Assembly: GCF_965247185.1 (NCBI RefSeq)
Contig: NZ_CBDFHA010000001.1
Coordinates: 50,215-114,214, forward strand
Source: Deinococcus sp.
GTDB taxonomy: Bacteria > Deinococcota > Deinococci > Deinococcales > Deinococcaceae
Length of the DNA stretch: 64,000 nt
Reading direction: 5' to 3'
In this document: one piece after another, positions 16,717 through 26,897 of the stretch
How the letters are laid out: every line of letters begins with the position of its first letter
Numbering within the stretch: the stretch's first letter is position 1
Notes under the pieces: generated by a model
What the model saw: the letters and a program-made list of their open reading frames with translations, nothing else
Database searches by the model: none
What the model was told of the DNA's origin: nothing
Translations under genes and position numbers: made by a program

Positions 16717-17453
16717 ATGACCTTAGCGCTGGAGCGTAAAAAAGTGATCGTGACCGGAGGCAGCCGGGGCATCGGCAGGGCCACGGTGCTGCGCCTGGCC
16801 GCGATGGGCGCGCACGTGCTGTTTTCGTACCGCAGTGACGAGGATGCGGCCAGGGCAGTCGAGGCCGAGGTGCGGGAGATGGGCGGCCAAGCGCTAGGGG
16901 TGCAGGCCGACCTCTCGGTGCTGGCCGATCTCCAGCGCCTCTTCGCGGTGATTCCCGAGCGCTTCGGCGGACGGCCCGACGCCTACATCGGCAACGCCTT
17001 CCCGGCAGCCGTGTTCATGCCCACCGCCATCATGACCGAAAACGGCTACGACGGCCTGTTCGCTGCCGTGCGCGGGCATTATTTTGCGCTTCAGCAGGCC
17101 GCCTTGAGCGTCAACGACGGCGGCAGCAGCATCGTGCTGTCCAGCGGGGCCGCCGCCCAGCCGCAGCCTGCGAGTGGGGCCTACGCAGGAGCCAAGGCTG
17201 CCGTCGAACGCTTCGCCCTCTCGCTCGCGAGCTGGGGGACCGCCGCATCACGGTGAATGTGGTGTCGCCGGGCGTCACCCAGACGGGTAGCCTGGTGGCC
17301 CCTCAACAGATGATCGACGCCCTGGTGGCCCAGACGCCGCTGGGCCGGCTCGGCCTGCCGGACGACGTGGCTGCGGCGGTCGCGCAGCTCTGCCTGCCGG
17401 AGCTGAGCTGGGTCAACGGTCAGATCATCCAGGTCAATGGCGGCATCCTGTGA
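16717..17453 (+). pseudogene. short-chain dehydrogenase/reductase (SDR) interrupted by a frameshift near 17222-17235
   Basis: ORF 16717-17256 carries TGGSRGIGRA and YAGAKAAVERFALSLA, then terminates. The next frame continues ELGDRRITVNVVSPGVTQT...VNGQIIQVNGG (17253-17453). The two pieces together (about 245 aa) make one normal SDR. This is either a real frameshift or an assembly error. Confidence 0.7.
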
Positions 17454-17530
17454 TGGAAGTACCGTGATGAGTCGTCAGGGGCAGCTTTGCCATTCCGGCG
17501 GGCACCGACATCGGCCACGTCCACCTGAAT

Positions 17531-17923
17531 GTGTCCGACCTGGAGCGCAGTCTGGCCTTCTATCAGGGCGTGCTGGGCTTCGCGCGGGTGACGCGCTCCG
17601 GCCCAGGCCCGCGTGGGGCGGCCTTCCTCTCGGCAGGCGGCTATCACCACCACATCGGCCTGAACACCTGGCGAATGCAGGGGGCCACGCCGCCGCCAGC
17701 GGGACACACCGGGCTGTACCATTTCGCCGTGCGCTTCGCCTCGCGCGCCGTTCAGGGGGCCACCGATCACGGGGTCAGCCACTCGGTCTATCTGGCCGAC
17801 CCTGACGGCAACGGGCTGGAACTGACTGCCGATCTGCCCCGTGAAGAATGGCCGCTGAACGCGTGCGGCGAGCCGGAGATGTTCGCCGGGAAGGCGCTGG
17901 ACCTGAATGCCCTGCTGTCCTAG
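17531..17923 (+). CDS. VOC/glyoxalase-family protein (start uncertain)
   Basis: (V)SDLERSLAFYQGVLGF ... GGYHHHIGLNTW ... HFAV ... VSHSVYLADPDGNGLEL is the VOC fold. The in-frame upstream residues FAIPAGTDIGHVHLN, which include the expected metal-binding His, have no canonical start codon. An ATG at 17467 lies in another frame. Confidence 0.65.
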   Translation: MSDLERSLAFYQGVLGFARVTRSGPGPRGAAFLSAGGYHHHIGLNTWRMQGATPPPAGHTGLYHFAVRFASRAVQGATDHGVSHSVYLADPDGNGLELTADLPREEWPLNACGEPEMFAGKALDLNALLS

Positions 17924-17958
17924 TAGGTGCAGGGGGGAGCCGGCTCCGAGGGCGAACG

Positions 17959-18258
17959 TCAGAACGCTTCAGCCGACGACACCACGTAGCGCTGAAGCTG
18001 CGGGGCCGCCGCGACCAGGCCCGGAAGTTGGCGGTTGAACTCCGCCATGTGCGCGGTCTGGAAGTGGGTGCTCAGCGCGGCGTCGTCCACCCAGGCCTCG
18101 AAGACGTGGAAGAGGTCGGGGTCGGCCAGATCGGCGCTGAAGGTGTAGGCCAGGCACCCGGCCTCGGCGTGGGTGGCCTGCGCCATGCTCAGCGCGTGGG
18201 TGACGGCGGCCTCGCGCTTGCCCGGCTGGAGTCGGACGGTTCCGGCGATCAGGATCAT
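17959..18258 (-). CDS. antibiotic-biosynthesis-monooxygenase (ABM) domain protein (putative quinol monooxygenase type)
   Basis: 99 aa. MILIAGTVRLQPGK...EAGCLAYTFSADLADPDLFHVFEAWVDDAALSTHFQTAHMAEF is the typical ABM ferredoxin-like pattern. Confidence 0.8.
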   Translation of the reverse strand: MILIAGTVRLQPGKREAAVTHALSMAQATHAEAGCLAYTFSADLADPDLFHVFEAWVDDAALSTHFQTAHMAEFNRQLPGLVAAAPQLQRYVVSSAEAF

Positions 18259-18331
18259 GATGGGTCTCCTTTAAATGATTAGAAGCGGTTTCGGTGACTT
18301 CAGTTGATGGTTGTGGGCAGCTTGAACAGCG

Positions 18332-19378
18332 CTACAGCAGCTCGCGGCGAACGCCCGGCAGGCCTAGCAGCGCGTCCGGGCCGAACACCTCGGCGGGCGT
18401 CCGGTAGCCGGGTCGGTGCTGCCCGTCCAGCACCAGGCGGGCGGCCAGCACCGCGCTCTGGGCGCTGAACAGGTACGCTTCCGGGCCGAACAGCCTGGCG
18501 GCCACCCGCTGGCCCTCACGGTTCTGGGCCTCGCCGTAGACCACCGTGCGGCCCGCCGCGAGTTCCGCCGCGCTCGGCCCGCGCCCCTGGGCGGCCACCT
18601 GGCGCTGGAGCAGTCCCTGGACGGCCCGGCTGCGGACCAGGGCGGGCCATACAGCGTCCAGGCGCATCAGGGTGGCCAGCGGCTGCGGAATGACGCTGTA
18701 GGTGTCGATGTCCGGGATGCCGGTGCTGGCATATGCGCTGACCAGGTCGGCCCGCCAGGGGTTGAACAGCGCTGTGCGCGGTCCTGCTCCGAAATCGGTC
18801 TGCCGCCGTTTCCAGGCCGCCGGAACCGGGATCAGCGCCCCTTTGCGCCGGGCGACGCCGCCGTGAGCCAGCCCGTACAGCACCGTCTGGGCCGTGCCCT
18901 GCGACACGCCGCCCTGGGTCTCGAAGGCCAGCGTGAGCCGCGCGGCGTCGGGCAGCAGGCGGTGCAGGTATACCGCCACGCTGTCGGTGGGAAAGACCCC
19001 GAAGCCCACCCCCGGCATCAGCATCACGCCGCGCGCCACGGCCTCCAGGTCGAGCGCCTGGGCCGCCCTGAAGTCCTCGACCTCGCCCGCCAGATCGAGG
19101 GACTGCACGCCCGCGTTCAAGGCGTGGCGCAGCAGCGGCGCGGCGGTGAGGTGAAACGGCCCGCTGGCGTTGATCAGCACCTGATGGCCGCCCAGCGCCT
19201 GCCGGGCGGCGTCGGGGTTGTCCAGCGCGAAGACCCGGTGCGGCAGGCCGAGTTCGGCCCCCAGCGCCGCCAAACTGGACTCGGTGCGGCCCGCCAGCGT
19301 GATGGGCAGCTTCTGCCGCGCCGCCTCACGGGCGATCAGCTCGCCCATGAAGCCGCTGGCCCCGTAGAGCAGCACCAT
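18332..19378 (-). CDS. saccharopine dehydrogenase-like NAD(P)-binding protein
   Basis: I chose the start at 19378 (MVLLYGASGFMGELIAREAA, a Rossmann GxxGxxG) because it forms an ATGA overlap with the upstream SDR stop. The longer track ORF (to 19636) adds a Gly/Arg-rich extension that overlaps the SDR gene. Confidence 0.75.
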   Translation of the reverse strand: MVLLYGASGFMGELIAREAARQKLPITLAGRTESSLAALGAELGLPHRVFALDNPDAARQALGGHQVLINASGPFHLTAAPLLRHALNAGVQSLDLAGEVEDFRAAQALDLEAVARGVMLMPGVGFGVFPTDSVAVYLHRLLPDAARLTLAFETQGGVSQGTAQTVLYGLAHGGVARRKGALIPVPAAWKRRQTDFGAGPRTALFNPWRADLVSAYASTGIPDIDTYSVIPQPLATLMRLDAVWPALVRSRAVQGLLQRQVAAQGRGPSAAELAAGRTVVYGEAQNREGQRVAARLFGPEAYLFSAQSAVLAARLVLDGQHRPGYRTPAEVFGPDALLGLPGVRRELL

Positions 19379-20211
19379 CAGTGGCTTCTCGCCTGGGTCT
19401 GCTTGACCATGCGCGGTACCAGGCTGCGCGGCAGGAAGCGCGGCGTGAGGGTTTGCAGCTTGTTGATCCGGCCCACCACCTTCACGGCCTGACCGGCGAA
19501 CATCGCCTCCAGCCCCTCGCGGGCCACCTCCTCGGCGCTCATCATCGGCGAGAGCAGCGGGTTGTTGCCCGCGATCAGCTTGCTCTCCCCCATCTGGGCG
19601 CGGTCCTGGAACCCGGTCTGCACCGGCCCCGGACACAGCGCCGTGACGTGGACGCCAAAAGAGCGCACCTCCTCGTTGAGCGCCTCACTGAAGCTCAGCA
19701 CGTAGGCCTTGCTGGCGTAGTACACCGCCATCAGCGGGCCGGGCATGAAGGCCGCCGTGCTCGCCACGTTCAGTACCCGGCCCCGGCGGCGCTCGACCAT
19801 GCCGGGCAGGAAGCGGTGCGTCAGGTCGGTCAGCGCCGCGATGTTGACCTGGATCATCTCCAGTTCGTGTTTCAGCGGCAGCAGGTGAAACTCACCGTAG
19901 GACGCGAAGCCCGCGTTGTTGACCAGAAAATCCACCGTCAGACCGAGCCTGCTGACCTCGGCCTCGATCTGCTGGGCCGCGTCTGGAAGCGTCAGGTCCT
20001 GCGCGATGACCGTCGCCCGGACGCCGTGCCGAGCGGTCAGGTCTGCCGCCAGCGCTCCCAGTTTGCTGGCAGTGCGGGCCACCAGGATCACGTCGATCTT
20101 TCTGGCCGCGAGCTGGCGGGCGAAGCTCTCTCCGATGCCGCCGCTGGCCCCGGTGATCAGGGCGGTGCGGCGGGCCGGGGGCTGGACGATGGGTAAGGGG
20201 GAAATCGTCAT
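19378..20211 (-). CDS. SDR-family oxidoreductase
   Basis: TALITGASGGIGESFARQLA (TGxxxGxG), NNAG and YYASKAYV (YxxxK) motifs. Confidence 0.85.
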   Translation of the reverse strand: MTISPLPIVQPPARRTALITGASGGIGESFARQLAARKIDVILVARTASKLGALAADLTARHGVRATVIAQDLTLPDAAQQIEAEVSRLGLTVDFLVNNAGFASYGEFHLLPLKHELEMIQVNIAALTDLTHRFLPGMVERRRGRVLNVASTAAFMPGPLMAVYYASKAYVLSFSEALNEEVRSFGVHVTALCPGPVQTGFQDRAQMGESKLIAGNNPLLSPMMSAEEVAREGLEAMFAGQAVKVVGRINKLQTLTPRFLPRSLVPRMVKQTQARSH

Positions 20212-20373
20212 GGCTGTTCTCCTTCGGGTGATTTAGAGCGGGGGTGCCGTTGCCAGTCGTTGCCTGACTGACCCGGAGTAAATTAAGTCTAATAACTACC
20301 GCTCCATCTGTCAAGCTGCTGTGATCCCAACTCGCGCCTTGAGTCCTGGGAAAGCTTGAGCTATTATTGACTC

Positions 20374-21027
20374 ATGGTCATTCAAGTGCGGGCGAGGTCG
20401 AGCGAGGCCAAAGCCGCCCGGCGGGCAGAGATTTTGGAGCAGGCACGGGGGCTGCTGGCGACGACCCGCTATCCGGCGCTGACCCTGGCTGACATCGCCG
20501 CACGGGTGGGGCTGACCAAGCCCGCGCTGTTCGCCTATTTCGCCAGCAAGGAGGAGCTGTTTCTGGAACTGTACGAGTCGCTGCTGCTCGGCTGGCTGGA
20601 CGCCCTGGAGAAACACCTGCGCCTGGGCGGCGTCCATACCCCGCAGAGCCTGGCGACGCTCGTCACCGCGATGTCTGCCGAGCACCCCGACCTGCTGAGA
20701 CTGATTCCGCTGCTGGCCGGCCTGCTGGAACACAACATCGGTGCGGCGCGGGCCTTGCAGCACAAGCGCTGGCTGGCGGGTCGGCTCCAGCCGGTCACTC
20801 CGCTGCTGGAACGGGTGTTGCCCGGCCTCCAGGAAGGCGGCGGGATGCGTCTGCTCACCTACACCCAGGCGCTGATCGCCGGGCTGCAACCGATGAGCGA
20901 ACCCGCTCCGGCAGTGCGTGAGGCTGTGGCTGAGAGCGGCCTCGGGGCCATGCACGTCGATCTGTTCACGGCACTCCAGGACAGCCTGGCGGCGCTCTAT
21001 CAGGGCCTGAGTTCGCGGCGGCAGTAA
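20374..21027 (+). CDS. TetR-family transcriptional regulator
   Basis: N-terminal HTH: RRAEILEQARGLLATTRYPALTLADIAARVGLTKPALFAYFASKEELF. Divergent from the SDR / saccharopine-DH-like operon. Confidence 0.85.
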   Translation: MVIQVRARSSEAKAARRAEILEQARGLLATTRYPALTLADIAARVGLTKPALFAYFASKEELFLELYESLLLGWLDALEKHLRLGGVHTPQSLATLVTAMSAEHPDLLRLIPLLAGLLEHNIGAARALQHKRWLAGRLQPVTPLLERVLPGLQEGGGMRLLTYTQALIAGLQPMSEPAPAVREAVAESGLGAMHVDLFTALQDSLAALYQGLSSRRQ

Positions 21028-21428
21028 CGCTGGCACCCTCCTGCGCAGGCGGTCTACAAGTTCTCAAGTTCTACAGTCCAGCGTGAGGCGAATGGGGCAA
21101 ACGCCGTCCGAGAAGGAATTCTTGATGACGGCGCAGATTGGAGTTGCTCTTCTGGGCTGAACTCAAGCGGGAAGCTACAGCCGTGAGGTGTGGGAGAGGA
21201 CTACGGCTCATCACCCTGATTGCGCACACCTCGAACTCACGCCGTTACCAGTAAGCGTACGGTGTTGATCGGGCGCAAGTGTCTCGGCTCAGAGCCTGTT
21301 CAAACCGTTGGCGTCAACGCAATGAATCGCAACGGATACAACCTGACCGCCGGGCCGAGCGCCACCCTGATACCTGTTCTAGAAAGCGGGCGGAGGATCG
21401 TCTGGCGCGTTTTACACCGCACCGCTCC

Positions 21429-21445
21429 CTCATAAGCCTTATGAG
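21429..21445. promoter_or_regulatory. 17-bp perfect palindrome abutting a candidate -35 box
   Basis: CTCATAAG-C-CTTATGAG ends 4 nt before the TTGACA at 21450. Confidence 0.35.
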
Positions 21446-21449
21446 AATC

Positions 21450-21478
21450 TTGACAATGCTCTTGCACTTGGGTAGGCT
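21450..21478 (+). promoter_or_regulatory. candidate sigma-70-type promoter (TTGACA-N17-TAGGCT) upstream of the LacI-type regulator
   Basis: Consensus -35 TTGACA at 21450-21455, a 17-nt spacer, and a TAnnnT-type -10 at 21473-21478, in a lower-GC intergenic stretch. Confidence 0.35.
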
Positions 21479-21573
21479 GATGACCAACACAGCAACCAAG
21501 GTCAGTCCTGCCGTAGCGCCGTCTTGTAACTCGGGAAATGCCCGCCTCGTCGCCTCCACTATGGCTCCTCGTT

Positions 21574-21585
21574 ACAAACGTTTGC
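21574..21585. promoter_or_regulatory. LacI-type palindromic operator candidate (ACAAACGTTTGC)
   Basis: 10-bp perfect palindrome CAAACGTTTG, 34 nt upstream of the regulator start. Nearly identical to the site at 22644. Confidence 0.55.
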
Positions 21586-21618
21586 AGCTCTCTCATCTTT
21601 TTCGCGCCGGGAGGCTCC

Positions 21619-22620
21619 GTGAACCGACTCGCTGAAATCGCCAAACTCGCAGGGGTTTCGGCGGCGACGGTCTCCAGAACATTGACCCGGCCCGAGCTGG
21701 TGGCCGAGCGCACCCGGCGGCGGGTGATGAATGCCGTACAGGCCACCGGTTTTCGCCCGAACGAGCTGGCCCGCAGTCTGAAGCAGCAGGAGTCGCGCAC
21801 CGTCGGGCTGGTGGTGACCGACCTCAACCCCTTTCACGCCACGCTCGTCAAGGCCGTGCAGGACACTGCCGAGCAGAACGAACTGAACGTCATCCTGTTT
21901 ACCAGCGACGATTCCGAGGTGCGTGAGCGACAGGCGCTGTCGATTCTGCGCAGCCACATGCCGCAGGGCCTGATCCTGATTCCCACCGCGCATACCCGCC
22001 AGCACCAGACCCTGCTGCGCGGTCTGACCGTCGTGGAACTTGACCGCGAAACCGGAATGGACGGAGCGCATACCGTCCAGGTGCAGAACCGCAGCGGGGC
22101 GAGCGAGGCGGTGCGGCACCTGATTGTCCTGGGCCACCGAAAGATCGGGGCGATCTTCGGGCAGCTTCATATCAGCACCGCGCTGGCCCGCTTTCAGGGC
22201 TACCGCGACGCGCTCGACCAGGCCGGACTGCCCTACGACGAGCGGCTGATCCGCTACGGCAACGACCTGGAGGCGAGCGGGCGGACGGCGGCGCTGACCC
22301 TGCTGGACGTGTCCCCCAGCGAGCGTCCCACCGCTCTGTTCGTCAGCAACCATGAGATGACGGTGGGCGCAATCATCGCCATTCGCGCCCTGGGCCTGAA
22401 GATTCCCGGCGACGTCTCGCTGGCAGGCTTCGACGATTCGCGCCTGATGCTGCTGCACGAGCCGCCGATCAGCGTGGTGGCGCAACCCACCTATGAACTC
22501 GGCGTGCGTGCCTGCGAGGTGCTGGTGCAGGCGCTGGGCGGCGCAGCCGAACCGATCCACCTGCGTCTGGAGGCCCCGTTTCTGCCCAGAGGCTCCACCG
22601 CCCACCCAAGTTCCGCCTAG
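21619..22620 (+). CDS. LacI-family transcriptional regulator (probable inositol-locus repressor)
   Basis: I chose the GTG at 21619 because GGGAGG lies 4 nt upstream. The N-terminal HTH is VNRLAEIAKLAGVSAATVSRTLTRPELV, followed by a periplasmic-binding-fold sugar domain. Confidence 0.85.
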   Translation: MNRLAEIAKLAGVSAATVSRTLTRPELVAERTRRRVMNAVQATGFRPNELARSLKQQESRTVGLVVTDLNPFHATLVKAVQDTAEQNELNVILFTSDDSEVRERQALSILRSHMPQGLILIPTAHTRQHQTLLRGLTVVELDRETGMDGAHTVQVQNRSGASEAVRHLIVLGHRKIGAIFGQLHISTALARFQGYRDALDQAGLPYDERLIRYGNDLEASGRTAALTLLDVSPSERPTALFVSNHEMTVGAIIAIRALGLKIPGDVSLAGFDDSRLMLLHEPPISVVAQPTYELGVRACEVLVQALGGAAEPIHLRLEAPFLPRGSTAHPSSA

Positions 22621-22643
22621 CCCGGTACATTTGTGAGCATCCT

Positions 22644-22655
22644 ACAAACGTTTGT
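22644..22655. promoter_or_regulatory. LacI-type palindromic operator candidate (ACAAACGTTTGT)
   Basis: 12-bp perfect palindrome, 78 nt upstream of the ABC substrate-binding gene. Confidence 0.6.
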
Positions 22656-22732
22656 CAGAGGCTCATTTCTCAGACCTTCATCGACGCCCGCTCGCTTCCC
22701 TCCTCGCCCTCTTTCCAGCACAAGGAGTCCAT

Positions 22733-23674
22733 ATGAAAAACGCTGCACTGCTCAGCCTGTTTGCTCTCGCCGCCCTCTCTGCCGCCTCGACTGCCGCCGC
22801 CCAGACGCCGATCCGCATCGTGGTGGTGTCGCACGGTCAGGCCTCCGACCCCTTCTGGAGCGTGGCCAAGAACGGGGCCAGCCAGGCCGCCAAGGAGCTG
22901 GGCGTGCGGGTGGAGTGGCGCGCGCCCGAAACCTTTGACATGGTGCGGATGAGCCAACTCATCGACGCGGCGGTGGCGAGCAAGCCCGACGGCCTGGTGG
23001 TCACGATTCCCGACAAGACCGCCCTGAGCGCGTCGATCATGCGCGCCGTCAAGGCCGGCATTCCGGTGATCTCGATGAACTCCGGCAGCGACGTGGCCGC
23101 CTCGCTGGGCATCCTGGCCCACGTGGGGCAAGACGAGTATCCGGCGGGCGTGGGGGCGGGCAAGCGCATGAAATCGCTGGGCGTCACCAAGGCTGTGTGC
23201 ATCAACCAGGAGGTCGGCAACGCTTCGCTGGACGCCCGCTGCAAGGGCTTTTTCGACGGCCTGGGCGTGAAGGGCGATGTGCTGCCGGTCAAGATCGCCG
23301 ATCCCACCGGCATCCGCAACGCCATCACGGCCTATATGCAGAAAAACCCTACCGTCAACGGGGTGCTGACCCTGGGGCCGAGCGCCGCCGAGCCGGTGCT
23401 GTCGGCGCTGGAAGCCAACGGCGGGCTGAACAAGGTCAAGTTCGGCACCTTCGACCTCAGCCCCAACGTGCTGACCGCCCTGAGCGCGGGCAAGATGTCC
23501 TTTGCCATCGACCAGCAGCAATGGCTGCAAGGGTATCTGCCGGTGGTGCTGCTCACCAACTACAAGCGCTACGGCCTGCTGACCGCCAGCGACATCATCT
23601 ACACCGGCCCCGGCTTCGTGACCCAGCAGACCGCCAAACAGGTGGTGGATCTCGCCAAGCAGGGCATTCGCTGA
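22733..23674 (+). CDS. sugar (probably inositol) ABC transporter substrate-binding protein
   Basis: I chose the start at 22733 ([24 protein letters not shown] signal peptide), preceded by AAGGAG. It has a periplasmic-binding-protein type I fold (RbsB-like): [16 protein letters not shown]... Confidence 0.85.
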   Translation: MKNAALLSLFALAALSAASTAAAQTPIRIVVVSHGQASDPFWSVAKNGASQAAKELGVRVEWRAPETFDMVRMSQLIDAAVASKPDGLVVTIPDKTALSASIMRAVKAGIPVISMNSGSDVAASLGILAHVGQDEYPAGVGAGKRMKSLGVTKAVCINQEVGNASLDARCKGFFDGLGVKGDVLPVKIADPTGIRNAITAYMQKNPTVNGVLTLGPSAAEPVLSALEANGGLNKVKFGTFDLSPNVLTALSAGKMSFAIDQQQWLQGYLPVVLLTNYKRYGLLTASDIIYTGPGFVTQQTAKQVVDLAKQGIR

Positions 23675-23806
23675 CCCCGGCCTCCGTGCCCCCGGCATCT
23701 GGGGGCGCGGGCTGCCCGGACGCTGCCCCCTGTGACCGCTGAACATGCTCCGAACGCGGTTGGCCCGGAGAGACCCGCGAGCCAACCGCACTTTCAAGGA
23801 GACTCG

Positions 23807-24850
23807 ATGACCACCCAACCGGTCGCCCGTGACGAGCGCCTTCAGTCGCTCAGCCCCTGGCAACGCCTGATCTCCCGGCCCGAATTCGGCGCGCTCGCCG
23901 GACTGCTGCTGGTCTTTGCGATCTTTACTTTTGCTGCTGGCGGCTCCGGATTTTTATCATTGAGCGGCACCGTCAATTATCTGGAAGTGGCCGCGCAGGT
24001 GGGCATCGTCGCGGTCTTTGTGGGCCTGCTGATGATCGGCGGGGAGTTTGACCTCTCGGTCGGATCGATGCTCGGCGCTTCCGGCATCGTGCTGGCGCTG
24101 CTGGTACATCCCAACCACGGTCACCTGCCGCTGGCGCTCGCCATTCCCGTCACCTTCGCGGTGGCCGCGCTGATCGGCTGGTTCAACGGCTGGCTGGTGC
24201 TAAGAACCGGGCTGCCGAGTTTTATCGTGACGCTCGCCACGCTGTTCATCCTGCGCGGCGCGTCGCTGGGCTTCACCAAGCTGATCACCAACCTGACGCT
24301 GGTGCAGGGCATCGACGATCAGGTGAAGACGCCGCTGGGAAGACTGTTCAGCGGCGACCTGCTGGGCGTGCCCGCCTCGGTATGGTGGTGGCTGGCACTG
24401 ACCCTCCTCATGGGCTTCGTGCTCAACACCACCCGCTTCGGCAACTGGATTTTTGCGGTGGGCGGCGACTCGAACGCCGCGCGCAACGTCGGCGTGCCGG
24501 TGCAGCGGGTCAAGACGGTGCTGTTCATGCTGACCGCCATGGCCGCCACGCTGGTCGCCATCATCCAGGTGACCAAGTACGGCAGCGCCGACGTGCTGCG
24601 CGGCACCCAGCTCGAACTGAACACCGTCGCGGCGGCGGTGATCGGCGGCTGTCTGCTGACCGGCGGCTACGGCAGCGTGATCGGGGCCAGCATCGGGGCG
24701 CTGATCCTGGGCATGGTGCAGCAGGGCATCATCTATACCAGCGTGGATTCCGACTGGTTTCAGGTGATGGTGGGGGCCATGATCCTGGGCGCGGTGGTGC
24801 TGAACAACGCCCTGCGCGGACGCTCGCTGCTGCTTCGGAGGAAGAGATGA
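23807..24850 (+). CDS. sugar ABC transporter permease (RbsC/AraH-like)
   Basis: I chose the start at 23807 ([10 protein letters not shown]...), preceded by AAGGAG. About 9-10 TM segments, BPD_transp_2-like. The stop overlaps the ATPase start. Confidence 0.85.
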   Translation: MTTQPVARDERLQSLSPWQRLISRPEFGALAGLLLVFAIFTFAAGGSGFLSLSGTVNYLEVAAQVGIVAVFVGLLMIGGEFDLSVGSMLGASGIVLALLVHPNHGHLPLALAIPVTFAVAALIGWFNGWLVLRTGLPSFIVTLATLFILRGASLGFTKLITNLTLVQGIDDQVKTPLGRLFSGDLLGVPASVWWWLALTLLMGFVLNTTRFGNWIFAVGGDSNAARNVGVPVQRVKTVLFMLTAMAATLVAIIQVTKYGSADVLRGTQLELNTVAAAVIGGCLLTGGYGSVIGASIGALILGMVQQGIIYTSVDSDWFQVMVGAMILGAVVLNNALRGRSLLLRRKR

Positions 24851-25731
24851 GTGGCCCGGAAACGAGTGCACAGAAAATGAGTCCGCAGGGCGCAGCACGC
24901 CCGCCGGTTGACCGCACTCAGACGCCGGTGATCGACGTGCGGGGGGTCAGCAAGTATTTCGGCCCGGTCACGTCCCTGAGGGACATTCACATGCAGGTCT
25001 ATCCCGGCGAGGTGCATTGCCTGCTGGGCGACAACGGCGCGGGAAAAAGCACGCTGATCAAGGTGCTGTCGGGGGTGCATCAGCCGAGTGAGGGCGAAGT
25101 CCAGATAGCTGGCAAGAAAGTGGTGTTCGATTCGCCCCGCGCGGCGCTGGAAAGCGGCGTGGCGACGGTCTTTCAGGACCTGGCGATGCTGCCGCTGATG
25201 AGCATCAAGCGCAATTTCTTTCTGGGCCGCGAGCCGACCCGCACCGTGCTGGGCGTGCGGGTGCTGGACGAGGCGCTGACCACCCGGGTGGCCCGCGAGG
25301 AGCTGCGCAAAATCGGCATCGATGTGCGCGACCCGGATCAGCCGGTGGGCACGCTGTCGGGCGGCGAGCGGCAGTGCGTGGCGATTGCGCGGGCGGTGTA
25401 CTTCGGCGCGAAGGTCTTGATTCTCGACGAGCCGACCAGCGCCCTGGGCGTGAACCAGGCGGCGATGGTCCTCAAGTACGTGCTCCAGGCACGGGCCAAG
25501 GGGCTGGGCGTGGTCTTGATCACCCACAACGTCCACCACGCCTGGGCGGTGGGCGACACCTTCACCATCCTGAACAGGGGCCGCAGCTACGGCACCTTCA
25601 CCCGCGAGGCGACCACCCGCGAGGCGCTGCTGGAGATGATGGCGGGCGGCGAAGCGCTCGAAGAACTGAGCGTTGAACTCAACGAGCTGGCCCATCAGGA
25701 CCAGATGCAGGCCGGTGTGGCCGCCCACTGA
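24847..25731 (+). CDS. ABC transporter ATP-binding protein
   Basis: The start forms an ATGA overlap at 24847-24850. Walker A is GDNGAGKST, the ABC signature is LSGGERQ, and Walker B is [10 protein letters not shown]. Confidence 0.9.
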   Translation: MSGPETSAQKMSPQGAARPPVDRTQTPVIDVRGVSKYFGPVTSLRDIHMQVYPGEVHCLLGDNGAGKSTLIKVLSGVHQPSEGEVQIAGKKVVFDSPRAALESGVATVFQDLAMLPLMSIKRNFFLGREPTRTVLGVRVLDEALTTRVAREELRKIGIDVRDPDQPVGTLSGGERQCVAIARAVYFGAKVLILDEPTSALGVNQAAMVLKYVLQARAKGLGVVLITHNVHHAWAVGDTFTILNRGRSYGTFTREATTREALLEMMAGGEALEELSVELNELAHQDQMQAGVAAH

Positions 25732-25838
25732 GTGCGCCCGCGCTGACCCGTCTGCCCCGCCCCTTTCCCGTTTTGGAGTGTTCCTATGACCGATGACCCC
25801 CTTTTGCCACCGTCCGTTTCAGCTTCCGTGGGGGCCAG

Positions 25839-26897
25839 ATGATGCCGCCGACAGCACCTGAGCTGGTCTTGCAGTGCGCCCTGATCGGGGCGGGCCGGAT
25901 GGGTCAGGCGCACGCAAGCGTGCTGGCGGGGCTGAGAGACGTCAAAATCACCTGGGTGGTCGATGTCAACGAAGAGAGCGCCCGGCAGGTGGCGGCGCAG
26001 CTCGGCGCGCAGGCCAGCACCGATCTGGACGCGGCGCTCTCTCAGCCGGACGTGCAGGCCGTCCTGATCACCACGCCCGCCGGAACCCACGCCGACACCA
26101 TCGAGAGATCGGCGCGGGCCGGCAAGGCGATTTTTAGCGAGAAGCCGCTCGCCAAGACCCTGGAGGACGGCGTGCGGGCGGTGCGCGCGGTGGAAGCGGC
26201 GGGCGTGCCCAATCAGGTGGGCTTCCAGCGCCGCTACGATCCGGCCTGCGTCAGTGCCAAGGCCAGAATCGAAGCGGGCGAGCTGGGGCGGCTGGAAGGC
26301 TTCCGGGCGGTGGGCCGCGATCCGCAGCCGCCGCCCACCGAGTACCTGGTGGGCGCGGGCGGGCTGCTGGTGGATATGGGCGGCCACGACCTCGACCTGG
26401 CGCGTTTTCTGGTGGGCGAGGTGGCCGAGGTGCGGGCCATCGGCGGGGCGCTCGCCAAGCCGGAACTGGCCCAGCACGGCGAGCACGATACGGCGGTGGC
26501 GCTGCTGAGGTTCGAGAACGGGGCGCTGGGCACGCTGGAAGTGGGCCTTCGTACCGCCTACGGCTACGACATCCGCACCGAGGTGCTGGGCGAGAAGGGG
26601 CGGCTGCACATCGAGCGCGACAAGCAGCCCGACCTGAGCGTCTACGACGCGGGCGGCGTGCATCACGACCGCCCCCGCCACTTCAGCGAACGCTTCGGGG
26701 AGGCCTACGCCGCCGAGATCAGCGCTTTCGCGCGCGGGGTACAGGCAGGCCGCCCGCTGACGCCCTCGGTGCGCGAGGCGCTGCACTCGCTGAGGCTGGC
26801 CCTGGCCGCCCAGCACGCCCTGGTGAGCGGCGAGACGGTGCAGGTGCAGGACTTCGGGAGGGAACTGATGCGGCAGATCGAGCCGGAGCGGCTATGA
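25839..26897 (+). CDS. iolG: Gfo/Idh/MocA oxidoreductase, inositol 2-dehydrogenase-like
   Basis: The N-terminal Rossmann segment is CALIGAGRMGQAHA, and the EKP motif (FSEKPLA) is present. It sits at the head of the iol catabolic genes. Confidence 0.75.
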   Translation: MMPPTAPELVLQCALIGAGRMGQAHASVLAGLRDVKITWVVDVNEESARQVAAQLGAQASTDLDAALSQPDVQAVLITTPAGTHADTIERSARAGKAIFSEKPLAKTLEDGVRAVRAVEAAGVPNQVGFQRRYDPACVSAKARIEAGELGRLEGFRAVGRDPQPPPTEYLVGAGGLLVDMGGHDLDLARFLVGEVAEVRAIGGALAKPELAQHGEHDTAVALLRFENGALGTLEVGLRTAYGYDIRTEVLGEKGRLHIERDKQPDLSVYDAGGVHHDRPRHFSERFGEAYAAEISAFARGVQAGRPLTPSVREALHSLRLALAAQHALVSGETVQVQDFGRELMRQIEPERL

